Positions 40,347 through 51,792 of a stretch of 64,000 nt of DNA are shown piece by piece. Position 1 is the first letter of the stretch, and each line of letters starts with the position of its first letter. The notes beneath the pieces are model-generated. The model was given only the letters and a program-made list of their open reading frames with translations. It ran no database searches and was not told where the DNA came from. The stretch comes from Burkholderiales bacterium (GTDB taxonomy: Bacteria; Pseudomonadota; Gammaproteobacteria; Burkholderiales; JAHFRG01), in contig DASPRI010000210.1 of the NCBI GenBank assembly GCA_035624535.1, positions 354-64,353 of the forward strand, read 5' to 3'. Position numbers and translations under genes: made by a program.

Positions 40347-40864
40347 ATCTGATCGGGCTCGGGCTTGAGGCGCAGCAATATCGCAAGTAGGCCGGAAAGC
40401 GGCGGCCACAACAGTGAACCGGTTACGCTGCTCAAAAAATATCCCCAACCTATAAATTCGGCTCCGTTGTAGACCTTGATCAGCAGAATCGCGATCTGTG
40501 AAACGAGCAATATTGGCAGGATGTGCCACACTTGCTCGCGCGCATTAAACATCCGTACGTGGCGACGCAAGATTATTGCAAGGTAGATGAGTACGCAATA
40601 AGCGAACGCATGCTCCCCGAGAGTCGTTGCGTCGGCGACATCCACCAGAAGCCCCATTCCCCATGCCACCCCGAAACCGATTTTGCGTGGCCAGTTAATA
40701 CACCAATAAAGCAGGATTAAAGCGACAAAATCGGGTCTAATGAGCAGGCCGAAACCTGACCATGGCAAAAGATTAAGAAAAAGCCCAAGCGCAAGGGAAA
40801 GAACGATTACACTGGTCTTTACCGGAAGCAGAATTTCTTGCGCTTTCGCCGCTTGGGTGGACAT
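40343..40864 (-). CDS. mreD: rod shape-determining protein MreD
   Basis: Small polytopic membrane protein between mreC and mrdA. Its start overlaps the mreC stop by 1 nt (TGATG). Confidence 0.85.
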   Translation of the reverse strand: MSTQAAKAQEILLPVKTSVIVLSLALGLFLNLLPWSGFGLLIRPDFVALILLYWCINWPRKIGFGVAWGMGLLVDVADATTLGEHAFAYCVLIYLAIILRRHVRMFNAREQVWHILPILLVSQIAILLIKVYNGAEFIGWGYFLSSVTGSLLWPPLSGLLAILLRLKPEPDQI

Positions 40865-41772
40865 CAGTTGCCTCTCTTGGCTTTTTTGGTCTTGGCTTGA
40901 GTCTTGGAAGACGGTTCTGCTATTACATTTTCGGGGTTCCGGGTCGGTGACGTTAACACCAGAACCTGCCGGTGCTGGTTTACCCCTGCGCTGGGCGTGC
41001 AAAAGATACGTGCAAACGCATAGGCTGCATTCCGTTCAATTTTGGAGACCACCGCGACCGGCAGGCCGTAGGGGTAAGTTCCGTCAATGCCCGAGGTAAT
41101 TAGCTCATCGCCAGTTTGGATGTCAACATTGACCGGCATGTAGCGAAGTTCCAGCCCGCTCGGCTCGCCCGCACCGAATACTACGGCTCGCAATCCGTTA
41201 CGCAGCACCTGTACCGGAACGGTTTGGTCCTTATCAGTAACTAAGGTGACTTCACTGACAAATGGATAAGCGCGCGTTACCTGGCCGATTACTCCGACAC
41301 TGTCCACCACCGCTTGGCCAGGCCTAATACCGTCCTCCCTGCCTTTGTCGATGACAATGCGGCGCGAAAACAAGTCACGGCCCGAGTAAAGAATTTCCGC
41401 AAGTGCCGCACTTCCCTGGTAACCCTCGCGCGCTTTGAGCAGCCGGCGCAACTGGTTATTTTCTTCCTCCAGAGCTTGCAGGCGCTGTAATTGTGCAGCG
41501 TTCAACTGATTTTGCTGGTTAAGCTTGGCATTCTCATCCGTCAAGTGCGCGTGGGTCGCAAAGAATTCGCTGGCGCGATTCAAAATGAGGCTTGGGGCGG
41601 TGGCGAGCTTTTGTAGAGGGTAGATGAGGACCGAAAGCGACAGGCGGAAAGTTTCCAAGTACTTGAAGCGGGCGTCGGTAACGAACAGCAGCAGCGACAG
41701 CAGCGTGAAAAAGACCAGCCGAGCGAGCGGGCTGGGGCCGCGTCTAAATAGCGGCGGTAGCTGGGTGTCCAT
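40864..41772 (-). CDS. mreC: rod shape-determining protein MreC
   Basis: N-terminal anchor, a coiled coil (ENAKLNQQNQL...ENNQLRRLL), beta-barrel repeats (VVD..GVIGQV) and GIDG.YP.GLPV. Confidence 0.93.
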   Translation of the reverse strand: MDTQLPPLFRRGPSPLARLVFFTLLSLLLFVTDARFKYLETFRLSLSVLIYPLQKLATAPSLILNRASEFFATHAHLTDENAKLNQQNQLNAAQLQRLQALEEENNQLRRLLKAREGYQGSAALAEILYSGRDLFSRRIVIDKGREDGIRPGQAVVDSVGVIGQVTRAYPFVSEVTLVTDKDQTVPVQVLRNGLRAVVFGAGEPSGLELRYMPVNVDIQTGDELITSGIDGTYPYGLPVAVVSKIERNAAYAFARIFCTPSAGVNQHRQVLVLTSPTRNPENVIAEPSSKTQAKTKKAKRGN

Positions 41773-41869
41773 CAGATTCGAGCTGCGTGTTCCAGGTCTC
41801 CCGTCGGGCTGTGCTCTGCAATTGGTCTACATCCGGTACGAAACCCGCAACCCCAAGCTGAACGGGAAA

Positions 41870-42931
<1,062 letters not shown>

Positions 42932-43047
42932 TCAGGGTGAGTGGGTCGAGTAAATGAATTATAATACCCCATTATGCTCGAAGATTTAAAGGTTTAAAAG
43001 GGCGTAGTTCCGATTTATTCCGACAGGCAGGCGTCCTCTCAATTGCC

Positions 43048-43350
43048 ATGGCTGAGCAAAGTAGGTCTTTGTCGCTAAACGACGTCAAACGCATTGCGTA
43101 CTTGGCGCGCATCGCAATCGATGATCAAGAGGCGGCCGGGGTTCTCAAGCAGTTGTCGGGGATTTTTGCGCTCATCGGGCAAATGCAGGCGGTGGATACC
43201 ACCGGCGTCGAACCGATGTCGCATGCCCAGGACGTGGTGCTGCGGCTGCGTGACGACGAAGTCACTGAATCCGACCAGCATGAATTATTTCAGTCGGTCG
43301 CGCCGCAGGCGGAATCTGGCTTGTACCTCGTTCCCAAGGTTATAGAGTGA
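43048..43350 (+). CDS. gatC: Asp/Glu-tRNA amidotransferase subunit C
   Basis: About 100 aa with V..IA.LARI.........QL..I......M..VDT.GVEPM, immediately upstream of gatA. Confidence 0.93.
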   Translation: MAEQSRSLSLNDVKRIAYLARIAIDDQEAAGVLKQLSGIFALIGQMQAVDTTGVEPMSHAQDVVLRLRDDEVTESDQHELFQSVAPQAESGLYLVPKVIE

Positions 43351-43405
43351 AAGATTGAATAAGCAGCGGAGCCGGCCCGCCGCTTGCGCGTGGAAAAATC
43401 CTTGA

Positions 43406-44860
43406 ATGCTCAATTACAGCTTAAAACAGCTATCCGAGCTGCTCGCCACGAAAAAAATCTCCAGTGTCGAGCTCACCCAGGAATTTCTCCGACGCATCGC
43501 AAGCCTCAACCCCCGCTACAACGCGTTCATTACGCTGAACGATCAAACGAGCTTGCAGCAGGCGCGCGAAGCAGATTCCAAGATCGCGCAGGGCTTGGCA
43601 CAGCCGCTGACCGGAATACCGGTTGCGCAAAAAGATATTTTCTGCGCTAAAGGATGGCTGACCACATGCGGCTCGAAAATCCTTTCCAATTTCAAGGCGC
43701 CCTATGACGCGCATGTGGTGCAGCGCTTCAACGAAACGGGAATGGTAATTCTGGGTAAGACCAATATGGATGAATTCGCCATGGGTTCATCCAACGAGAC
43801 ATCTTATTATGGGCCGGTGAAAAACCCCTGGGACACGAAGGCCGTTCCCGGGGGCAGCTCCGGCGGCTCTGCGTGCGCGGTTGCCGCGCGCATGGCGCCG
43901 GCAGCCACTGGCACCGACACCGGCGGCTCCATACGCCAGCCGGCGGCGTTGTGTGGAATTTCGGGAATAAAGCCGACCTACGGCGTGGTATCGCGCTACG
44001 GCATGATTGCTTTTGCGTCTAGCCTTGACCAGGGCGGGCCGATGGCGAAAAGCGCGGAAGACCTCGCGCTGATGTTGAATGTCATGGCCGGATTCGATGA
44101 ACGTGATTCAACCAGCCTGGATCGTCCGGCGGAAGATTACACTCGCGAACTGGGGAAGCCGCTGACTGGGCTTAAAATCGGACTGCCGCAAGAATATTTT
44201 GCCGAAGGCTTAAGCGACGATGTGGCGCGGGCGGTGGAAGCTGCGGTTGGACAATTTCAGAAACTCGGCGCAGCCACGGTAAATATTTCGCTGCCGAACA
44301 CCAAGCTCTCGATCCCGGTGTACTACGTCCTCGCGCCTGCAGAAGCTTCGTCCAATCTCTCTCGCTACGACGGCGTGCGTTACGGCTACCGCGCATCGCA
44401 ATACAGCGATCTTCTCGACATGTACTGCAAGACTCGCGCTGAGGGATTTGGGGCAGAAGTGAAACGCCGAATTCTGATCGGCACCTACGTCTTGTCGCAC
44501 GGCTATTACGATGCATATTACCTCAAAGCGCAAAAGCTGCGTCGGCTCATTGCGCAGGATTTCGCGCAGGCCTTTAAAAAGTGCGACTTGATCATGGGGC
44601 CGACCAGCCCGACGACCGCATTCAATTTGGGAGAGAAATCCGGGGATCCGGTGCAGATGTATTTATCCGATATCTACACCATCGCCGTGAACCTCGCTGG
44701 CCTTCCCGGCATGTCGATTCCCTGCGGATTCGGCAACAAGAAACTTCCGGCGGGCCTGCATATCATTGGCAATTATTTCAATGAAGCGCGCATGTTGAAT
44801 GTCGCGCACCAGTATCAGCTGGTAACGGACTGGCACAATCGCATGCCCGGGGGAATCTGA
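43406..44860 (+). CDS. gatA: Asp/Glu-tRNA amidotransferase subunit A
   Basis: Amidase signature GGSSGGSA...[12 protein letters not shown]. Confidence 0.97.
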   Translation: MLNYSLKQLSELLATKKISSVELTQEFLRRIASLNPRYNAFITLNDQTSLQQAREADSKIAQGLAQPLTGIPVAQKDIFCAKGWLTTCGSKILSNFKAPYDAHVVQRFNETGMVILGKTNMDEFAMGSSNETSYYGPVKNPWDTKAVPGGSSGGSACAVAARMAPAATGTDTGGSIRQPAALCGISGIKPTYGVVSRYGMIAFASSLDQGGPMAKSAEDLALMLNVMAGFDERDSTSLDRPAEDYTRELGKPLTGLKIGLPQEYFAEGLSDDVARAVEAAVGQFQKLGAATVNISLPNTKLSIPVYYVLAPAEASSNLSRYDGVRYGYRASQYSDLLDMYCKTRAEGFGAEVKRRILIGTYVLSHGYYDAYYLKAQKLRRLIAQDFAQAFKKCDLIMGPTSPTTAFNLGEKSGDPVQMYLSDIYTIAVNLAGLPGMSIPCGFGNKKLPAGLHIIGNYFNEARMLNVAHQYQLVTDWHNRMPGGI

Positions 44861-44861
44861 C

Positions 44862-46301
44862 ATGCAGTGGGAAATCGTCGTCGGGCTGGAAACTCACGTG
44901 CAACTCTTGACGCGCTCGAAAATATTTTCCGGCGCCTCAACGGCATTTGGCGCTGCACCCAATACGCAGGCGTGCGCGGTGGATATCGCACTGCCTGGAG
45001 TGCTGCCGGTTTTGAACAAGGCGGCAGTAGAGAAAGCCATCAGATTTGGCCTGGCGGTTGGCGCAAAGATAAACAGGCGATCCGTCTTCGCGCGCAAGAA
45101 TTATTTCTATCCTGATTTGCCCAAAGGCTACCAGATCAGCCAGTATGAAATTCCCATCGTCCAGGGCGGACAGTTGCAGATTGTGGTAGGGGATGTGGAA
45201 AAGACCGTGCGGCTTACTCGTGCGCATCTGGAGGAAGACGCCGGGAAGTCGTTGCACGAAAATTTCCGCGATTCAACCGGCATTGATCTCAACCGCGCGG
45301 GTACGCCGCTGCTCGAAATTGTTTCGGAACCGGATATGCGGTCAGCGAATGAAGCTGTTGCTTATGTTCAGAAACTCCACAAGTTGGTGGTTGATTATGA
45401 AATCAGTGATGGCAACATGCAGGAAGGTTCTTTTCGTTTCGATGCTAATGTCTCGGTCCGCCGTCCGGGCGAGGCACTCGGCACCCGCTGCGAGATCAAG
45501 AATTTAAATTCCTTCCGTTTTCTTGAGCATTCCATCGAATTCGAGGCGAACCGCCAAATTGAAATTCTAGAACACGGCGGAGCGATCGAGCAGGAAACGC
45601 GGCTTTATGATCCCGACCAGAATGAAACGCGGCCGATGCGCACCAAGGAGGAAGCACATGATTACCGTTACTTTCCCGATCCTGACCTATTGCCACTCGA
45701 AATTTCGGAAAAATGGATTGAAGAGATCCGGGCTAAGAGGCCAAAGTCTCATGAGCAGCGACAAGCCGAGATCAAACAGCGGTTTCCAGAAATACCGGAG
45801 TACCAGGTTATTCAGCACGCCGCAACCCCTTGTTCAACAGTCTTTGCTACCACTACGTTTGCTATCGTACCGCCAAAGGAAAGACCGTTTGTTTCAAATT
45901 TAATTTTGGGCCCACTCAGGGCGCTAGGCCAGCCAGAGTCCCTCGACGATCATCAGCGCGATACACTTTCAAGACAGCTCAAGGAGTTGTCCATGCTGGT
46001 TTCGGACGGCACGATCTCGAATTCGACCGCAACAGGAAGGGTACTGCCCGCACTGTGGAATAGAGAGGGCTCAGTGAATGAAATCATCGAAAAACTTGAC
46101 TTAAAGCAGCTGAGTGACGCGGTAGAAATCGAGAAAAAGATTGATGAGGTGCTTGCCGCCAATCCGAAGCAAGTCGAGGATTACCGTGCAGGAAAACAAA
46201 AGGCTTTCAATTCACTTGTCGGCCAGGTAATGAAGGCGACCCAAGGCAGGGCGAATCCCCAGCAGCTGAATGAAATTTTGAAACGCAAGCTCGGGGGTTG
46301 A
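44862..46301 (+). CDS. gatB: Asp/Glu-tRNA amidotransferase subunit B
   Basis: [34 protein letters not shown] and a C-terminal [14 protein letters not shown]...[12 protein letters not shown]. Confidence 0.95.
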   Translation: MQWEIVVGLETHVQLLTRSKIFSGASTAFGAAPNTQACAVDIALPGVLPVLNKAAVEKAIRFGLAVGAKINRRSVFARKNYFYPDLPKGYQISQYEIPIVQGGQLQIVVGDVEKTVRLTRAHLEEDAGKSLHENFRDSTGIDLNRAGTPLLEIVSEPDMRSANEAVAYVQKLHKLVVDYEISDGNMQEGSFRFDANVSVRRPGEALGTRCEIKNLNSFRFLEHSIEFEANRQIEILEHGGAIEQETRLYDPDQNETRPMRTKEEAHDYRYFPDPDLLPLEISEKWIEEIRAKRPKSHEQRQAEIKQRFPEIPEYQVIQHAATPCSTVFATTTFAIVPPKERPFVSNLILGPLRALGQPESLDDHQRDTLSRQLKELSMLVSDGTISNSTATGRVLPALWNREGSVNEIIEKLDLKQLSDAVEIEKKIDEVLAANPKQVEDYRAGKQKAFNSLVGQVMKATQGRANPQQLNEILKRKLGG

Positions 46302-46312
46302 GCCGGGAAAGA

Positions 46313-46948
46313 TTATTTTTTTTCCCCTGCAGGAGCGGGCTGGGTCAACTCGATATAACGCTTCCTGTCCGCGTCAAAGCGTTGGCGGAGCTCTTCGGTG
46401 TCAGCGCGGTTTTGCACAATGGCCACTTCGAGTTCCTGCTTGCTATTTTCCAGGAGCTCAATGTTCTTGCGTAATGAATCGGGAACCGGCTGGTTTTGCT
46501 GCGCATAGGCTGCGGCATTTTTGCGGCTCGCGTCTAGTTCCTCTTCTACCGTTTTCAGCCGCGCGTGGGTATCTGTGAGCACTTGCTCTATCTGTTTCAG
46601 GTTACGATCACGCGCCAGGTCAATTTCCTCGACGCTCGAATACGTACCCAACAGGATTGCATCCCTGCGTTTCTCGTCTGTTATTTGTTTGTGTTTCGCC
46701 AGCTCTTGGTCTCTTGCCTTTATCTGCTCGGGAGTCAATGCCGGATCATTCTTTTTGATGACTACACCCCCTTTGTTCAGCTCTTCATTGGCGCGGTTTT
46801 GGTATTGCGGGGGAATGGTATCTCCATAATGCGTGACACCGTGCTCGTCCACCCATTTGTACATCACGGCCAAGCCGGGGGTGGCGTGCATGACTAAAAT
46901 CAGCAGTAATGCGGCGCACGTAATCGCGCAGAACGATTTAAGCGGCAT
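46313..46948 (-). CDS. DUF4124 domain protein with C-terminal coiled coil
   Basis: Signal/anchor segment followed by MYKWVDEHGVTHYGDTIPPQY (DUF4124 signature). The start is uncertain (46948, 46954 or 46963). Confidence 0.75.
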   Translation of the reverse strand: MPLKSFCAITCAALLLILVMHATPGLAVMYKWVDEHGVTHYGDTIPPQYQNRANEELNKGGVVIKKNDPALTPEQIKARDQELAKHKQITDEKRRDAILLGTYSSVEEIDLARDRNLKQIEQVLTDTHARLKTVEEELDASRKNAAAYAQQNQPVPDSLRKNIELLENSKQELEVAIVQNRADTEELRQRFDADRKRYIELTQPAPAGEKK

Positions 46949-47591
46949 TTGCATTAACCCCATATAACTGGCGGTACTTGCGTACTGCGAGCAAATTATG
47001 GACCAGCTCATCCTTGGTTTGCAGGTAACCGAGCACGTCGTCTAGGGTAATGATGCTGATTACCGGCAATTCATATTTCAGCTTGATCTCCTGAACGGCC
47101 GAAAGCTCGCCACTGCCGCGTTCCATTCGGTCCAATGCAATGACGAGGCAACAGGGGGTCGCGTGGTTGGCGCGGATGAGCTGCACCGATTCGCGCACCG
47201 ATGTGCCCGCAGAAATCACGTCGTCCACAATTAATACCCGCCCTTCCAGTGGCGCTCCAATCAAGGCGCCACCTTCGCCGTGGTCCTTGACTTCCTTGCG
47301 GTTGAAGCAAAATGGCACATTGTGACCATTTTGCGCGAGCGCGATGGCGGTACTTGCGACGAGTGGAATACCTTTGTAGGCGGGACCGAACAGCACGTCA
47401 AACTGTATGCCAGCGGACAATATGGCTTTGGCGTAGAATTGCGCAAGCCCGAAAAGCGACTCGCCATCGTGAAACGAACCGGTATTGAAGAAATACGGCG
47501 ATAAGCGCCCGGCTCGAGTTTTGAATTCACCAAAGCGCAACACGTTTTTGCTTACCGCGAAGCGGATGAAATCCTGTCTAAAATCGGACAT
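46938..47591 (-). CDS. pyrE: orotate phosphoribosyltransferase
   Basis: FGEF.T.AGR.SPYFFN, PAYKGIP, and the PRPP motif VLIVDDVISAGTS. Confidence 0.96.
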   Translation of the reverse strand: MSDFRQDFIRFAVSKNVLRFGEFKTRAGRLSPYFFNTGSFHDGESLFGLAQFYAKAILSAGIQFDVLFGPAYKGIPLVASTAIALAQNGHNVPFCFNRKEVKDHGEGGALIGAPLEGRVLIVDDVISAGTSVRESVQLIRANHATPCCLVIALDRMERGSGELSAVQEIKLKYELPVISIITLDDVLGYLQTKDELVHNLLAVRKYRQLYGVNANAA

Positions 47592-47628
47592 TCCGAAACG
47601 CACTTAAAAAGCTATATGCTGGTTCACT

Positions 47629-48405
47629 ATGTTACGCATAATCACCTTAAATCTCAACGGCATCCGGTCAGCGGTGAGCAAGGGATTTCTCGATTGGTTG
47701 GCGGGATCCAAGGGCGACATCGTTTGCGTGCAAGAAATAAAAGCTCAGGCAGATGACATGCCGCCCAGCGTGCTCAAGCCGCCACGCTACGAGGGCTGCT
47801 TTCACTACGCAGTAAAAAAAGGCTACAGCGGAGTCGGAATTTACTGCGCGGATAAACCGGATAAGGTGATTACTGGCTTGGGAATCACTGATATTGATTC
47901 CGAGGGCAGATACCTGCGTTGCGATTTCGGAAATTTAAGTGTGGTTTCTGTTTATCTTCCCTCGGGATCAAGTTCGGAGGAAAGGCAAGCCGCGAAGTTC
48001 AGCTTCATGCGGAGATTCTTTCCGCATTTGCGCGAGATCGCAGACAGCGGCAGGGACTTCATATTGTGCGGCGACTGGAATATCGCGCACAAGGAAATCG
48101 ATTTGAAAAACTGGCGCGCCAACCAGAAAAATTCAGGTTTTCTTCCAGAAGAGCGCGCCTGGCTTACCCGAGTTTTCGATGAACTCGGTCTGGTGGATGT
48201 GTTCAGGCTCTTGAATAAACAACCGGAGCAGTATACTTGGTGGTCTAATCGCGGCCGGGCCTGGGCCAAAAATGTCGGGTGGCGAATTGATTACCATATT
48301 GCCACACCGGGAATCGCCGCCAAGGCAAAGCGCGTGAGCATTTATAAGAGCAAACGCTTCTCGGACCACGCGCCGCTCACCATAGATTACGATCGCCGGA
48401 TTTAA
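47629..48405 (+). CDS. xthA: exodeoxyribonuclease III
   Basis: LNLNGIRSA...DIVCVQE.K...GDWNIAH...WW..R....N.GWRIDY...SDHAP. Confidence 0.95.
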   Translation: MLRIITLNLNGIRSAVSKGFLDWLAGSKGDIVCVQEIKAQADDMPPSVLKPPRYEGCFHYAVKKGYSGVGIYCADKPDKVITGLGITDIDSEGRYLRCDFGNLSVVSVYLPSGSSSEERQAAKFSFMRRFFPHLREIADSGRDFILCGDWNIAHKEIDLKNWRANQKNSGFLPEERAWLTRVFDELGLVDVFRLLNKQPEQYTWWSNRGRAWAKNVGWRIDYHIATPGIAAKAKRVSIYKSKRFSDHAPLTIDYDRRI

Positions 48406-48423
48406 TTTACCTCTTTAGAGATC

Positions 48424-49683
48424 GTGCACTCGTCGCCCGAAAAGACCAACGCCTATCTTGAGATTTTTCGCAACCGGCGCATTGCGGTGGTCTTGTTATT
48501 CGGGTTTTCATCAGGCATTCCGCTCGCACTGACCGGCAGCACGCTTCAGGCGTGGCTAACGGTTTCCAACGTCGATATCCAAACTATCGCCTGGTTTTCC
48601 TGGATTGGGGTGCCGTATCTCGTCAAGTTCCTGTGGTCGCCGCTCATGGATCGCTTCATACCGCCTTGGCTGGGACGCCGGCGGGGATGGATGCTGGCTG
48701 CTCAGCTCGCACTAACGCTTGGTATCGTCGGCATGGGCTTGACGTCTCCCGAGCGCTCGCTGCTGCTGTTGGGATTGTTGGCGTTATACGTGGCTTTTGC
48801 CTCTGCTTCGCAAGATATTGTGGTCGATGCCTACCGCACCGATCTATTAGCCCCGCAAGAACGTGGAATGGGCGCGGCGGTCGGAGTGCTGGGCTATCGC
48901 ATCGCCATTCTGGTATCAGGAGGACTCGCGCTGATTCTCGCCGACCAGATCGGCTGGAGATCCACTTTTCTTTTGATGGCGCTTGTCATGGGCGTGGGCA
49001 TATTGACTTCACTGTTTGCACCCGAGCCGCAGACACCAACTGCAACGCCGCGCACTTTGCAAGCTGCGGTTGTGGAACCCCTCAAGGATTTTTTCTCGCG
49101 CGAAGGCGCAATCCTTTTATTGCTGCTGATCACGCTCTACAAATTCGGCGACGCATTAGCAGCCACCCTTACCACTGCGTTTTTGATACGTGGTGTTGGT
49201 TTTTCTCCCACCGATGTGGGCGTGATCAACAAAGGATTGGGGCTGCTTGCCCTTCTGACCGGTGCGCTTATCGGTGGAATGCTGCTGACGCGCCTGAGTC
49301 TTTACCGTGCACTGATGTGGTTCGGCTGGCTGCAGGCCGTATCCAATCTCTCGTTCATGTTTCTTGCCTGGGCGGGGAACAGCTATGCTTGGCTGGTATT
49401 TGCAGTGGGATTTGAGAATCTGGCGAGCGGCATGGGCACTGCCGCATTTGTCGCGTTTGCCATGAGCTTATGCAACCACAGATTCAGCGCGACCCAATAT
49501 GCGCTGCTCTCGGCTTTGGCATCTCTCGGGAGGGTACTGTTCGGACCGGTAACGGGAGAAGCAGTAGTACTCATGGGCTGGGCAAATTTCTTTTTTATCA
49601 CCTTTCTGGCGGCGCTACCCGGGCTCGGCTTGCTCTGGCTGCTGCGCAAGCAGATTCCGGTCATCGAAAAAAGCCGCGGTTAG
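48424..49683 (+). CDS. ampG: AmpG-family muropeptide MFS permease
   Basis: GFSSGIPLALTGSTLQAW...W.PLMDR..PP.LGRRRGW pattern and a 12+ TM profile. GTG start. Confidence 0.88.
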   Translation: MHSSPEKTNAYLEIFRNRRIAVVLLFGFSSGIPLALTGSTLQAWLTVSNVDIQTIAWFSWIGVPYLVKFLWSPLMDRFIPPWLGRRRGWMLAAQLALTLGIVGMGLTSPERSLLLLGLLALYVAFASASQDIVVDAYRTDLLAPQERGMGAAVGVLGYRIAILVSGGLALILADQIGWRSTFLLMALVMGVGILTSLFAPEPQTPTATPRTLQAAVVEPLKDFFSREGAILLLLLITLYKFGDALAATLTTAFLIRGVGFSPTDVGVINKGLGLLALLTGALIGGMLLTRLSLYRALMWFGWLQAVSNLSFMFLAWAGNSYAWLVFAVGFENLASGMGTAAFVAFAMSLCNHRFSATQYALLSALASLGRVLFGPVTGEAVVLMGWANFFFITFLAALPGLGLLWLLRKQIPVIEKSRG

Positions 49684-49686
49684 TCG

Positions 49687-50316
49687 TTATTTTTGCTTCT
49701 CAAAACGGTACACGGCAATACTGCCAAGCAAATTCGGAAGCAGCTTGACTAACCTATCTGCCGTAATGACCACACGCTCCAGGATTCGCACCGCATGTTG
49801 CGCACAAAAAGCCTCGAAATCGTCAATCGTGCACAAGTGCACGTTGGGAGTTTCGTACCACTGGTAAGGGAGATTTTGAGACACCGGCATACGACCGCGG
49901 AATACCTGCCAGCGCGCGCGCCAATAGCCAAAGTTGGGAAAGGTAACGATGCCTTCGCGTCCCACGCGCAAAATTTCATTGACTATGCTCTCGGTATGGC
50001 GCATTGCCTGCAAGGTCTGCGACAAGATCACGTAATCGAACGAATTTGACTCGAATCCGGAAAGCCCGGTTTCCAGATCGCTTTGAATCACATTCACTCC
50101 GTTCCTGACGCACGCAAGAATGTTCGCATCATCGATTTCCACGCCATAGCCACGCACCAAGAGGGACTGCTTGAGATAGCGAAGCAGGACACCGTCGCCA
50201 CAACCGAGGTCCAGTACTTTTGACCCGGGCTTGATCCAGGCGGCAATGGCGGCAAAATCCGTGCGCTCTTTCAGTGCCGGGTCCTGCAGGATTGTTTCAT
50301 TGAGTTCGATGTTCAT
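49687..50316 (-). CDS. metW: methionine biosynthesis protein MetW
   Basis: SAM-MTase-like [14 protein letters not shown], and a 4-nt overlap with metX. Confidence 0.93.
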   Translation of the reverse strand: MNIELNETILQDPALKERTDFAAIAAWIKPGSKVLDLGCGDGVLLRYLKQSLLVRGYGVEIDDANILACVRNGVNVIQSDLETGLSGFESNSFDYVILSQTLQAMRHTESIVNEILRVGREGIVTFPNFGYWRARWQVFRGRMPVSQNLPYQWYETPNVHLCTIDDFEAFCAQHAVRILERVVITADRLVKLLPNLLGSIAVYRFEKQK

Positions 50317-51506
50317 ATCTTGATGTTCGCGAAATAAGCGCGCAGCAGCGCGTGGTAATGCGGGTCATCCAGCAAAAACGCATCGTGACCGTGTTGCGCG
50401 TTGATTTCGGCATAGCTCACGTCCAGTTCGTTGTCCAGCAACGCTTTTACGATTTCCCGGGAACGCGCGGGAGGAAAACGCCAATCGGAAGTAAACGAAG
50501 CAACAAAAAAGCCGGCTTTGGCGCGCTTGAGCGCCGCGGCGAGATCGCCGTTGTAATCATGCGCCGGGTCGAAATAATCCAGCGCCTTGGTCATCAATAA
50601 ATAAGTGTTAGCGTCGAAACGCGAGGCAAACTTTTCGCCCTGATAACGCAGATACGATTCCACCTCGAATTCCACATCGAAGTGAAAATTGAATGTCCCT
50701 GAGCGCAATGCGCGCCCAAATTTCTCCATCATCACGTCATCTGACAGGTAAGTGATATGGCCGAGCATGCGCGCCACGCTTAAACCGTTCTTCGGTATCA
50801 CGCCATATTTGTAATAATTCCCGCCGTGGAAATCCGGGTCAGTCATGATCGCTTGGCGCGCTACTTCGCTGAAAGCAATGTTCTGCGCGGACAGTTTGGG
50901 CGCGGCGGCGATTACCAGCGCGTGGCGCATGCGCTCGGGATAGGTAATCGTCCATTGCAAGGCCTGCATCGCGCCGAGACTGCCGCCGATACTCCCGGCA
51001 AAACTATCAATGCCAAGATGGTCGGCAAGCCGCGCTTGCGCTTCTACCCAGTCTTCCACGGTAACCACAGGAAAATCCGCGCCGTAAGGATTCCCGGTTC
51101 TAGGATTGATGCTGGACGGCCCGGTGGAGCCATGACAGCCACCGAGGTTGTTCACGCCCACGACAAAAAAGCGGTTGGTATCGAGCGGCTTTCCAGGTCC
51201 GACCAGATTTTCCCACCACCCAACATTATTCGGTTCATCAACGTAATAGCCTGCCACGTGATGCGTGCCGGAAAGGGCATGACAAATCAGCACCGCATTG
51301 GATCTGGATGCATTCAGAGTGCCGTAGGTTTCATACACGAGGTCATAGCCATCCAGCACCGAGCCACATTTGCATGCGAGCGGTGTGCTGAAATGCGCTT
51401 TCTGTGGCGTGACGATCCCGATTGAATTTTCGCGGACCGGGCGATCCGCGATTGCGGGGTCGAAAATTCGTTGAGAAATACTCGCGTCCATTTCTTGCGT
51501 CTTCAT
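50313..51506 (-). CDS. metX: homoserine O-acyl(acetyl/succinyl)transferase MetX
   Basis: Alpha/beta-hydrolase with the [12 protein letters not shown] nucleophile elbow, [11 protein letters not shown] and a C-terminal ...HGHDAFL. Confidence 0.95.
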   Translation of the reverse strand: MKTQEMDASISQRIFDPAIADRPVRENSIGIVTPQKAHFSTPLACKCGSVLDGYDLVYETYGTLNASRSNAVLICHALSGTHHVAGYYVDEPNNVGWWENLVGPGKPLDTNRFFVVGVNNLGGCHGSTGPSSINPRTGNPYGADFPVVTVEDWVEAQARLADHLGIDSFAGSIGGSLGAMQALQWTITYPERMRHALVIAAAPKLSAQNIAFSEVARQAIMTDPDFHGGNYYKYGVIPKNGLSVARMLGHITYLSDDVMMEKFGRALRSGTFNFHFDVEFEVESYLRYQGEKFASRFDANTYLLMTKALDYFDPAHDYNGDLAAALKRAKAGFFVASFTSDWRFPPARSREIVKALLDNELDVSYAEINAQHGHDAFLLDDPHYHALLRAYFANIKI

Positions 51507-51549
51507 CTCCGGTCATTCTGCGTTGCCCGATCCGGAGAGGAAAAGGCGA

Positions 51550-51601
51550 CGCTTTAGCAATATTTGTAAATCGCCTGCAAGTTGTCATTTAACTCGGCGA
51601 T
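51550..51601 (-). promoter_or_regulatory. candidate SAM-II-like riboswitch aptamer in the metX-metW leader
   Basis: Minus strand: AUCGCC-[20-nt loop GAGUUAAAUGACAACUUGCA]-GGCGAU, linker UUAC, tail AAAUAUUGCUAAAGCG. The architecture and conserved blocks match the metH leader. It is followed by CUCCGG/CCGGAG, which can sequester the SD. Confidence 0.5.
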
Positions 51602-51620
51602 ATAACCGGCAAGCACAAAT

Positions 51621-51650
51621 AAAAAACCCGCTAATTTGGCGAGCGGGTTT
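51621..51650 (-). terminator. intrinsic terminator downstream of ptsI
   Basis: Minus strand: ACCCGCU-cgccaaauu-AGCGGGU followed by UUUUUU. Confidence 0.8.
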
Positions 51651-51792
51651 CATCTTTTAGCTGTATTTATTGAGCGCCCGCAAGCCGGTACAAATCGGCG
51701 CTTATTTGCAGGTTACTTTGCGGGCCGGCTTTTGTCAAGCAAACAGAGCAGCGCAAACTGCGAGCAATATGCGCTTATTGCCTTTTTTAATG

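Noticed and set aside
44831-44846. Sigma54-like TGGCAC...TGC inside the gatA 3' end
   Set aside because: The GG-to-GC spacing is off by one, the site is intragenic, and gatB follows 2 nt after gatA with no need for a promoter.
48552-49415. 287-aa alternative-frame ORF inside ampG
   Set aside because: It lies on the same strand in a shifted frame of a gene with a convincing 12+ TM MFS translation. Its product is Arg/Gly/Cys-rich, a GC-driven open frame.
51571-51584. My initial alignment of metX 'TTGCAGGCGATTT' with metH 'TTGCGCCGATTT' as a shared linear box or operator
   Set aside because: It is superseded by the register in which both leaders form equal-length hairpins with compensatory changes. 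The linear similarity is a by-product of the CUUGC loop end plus the P1 arm.
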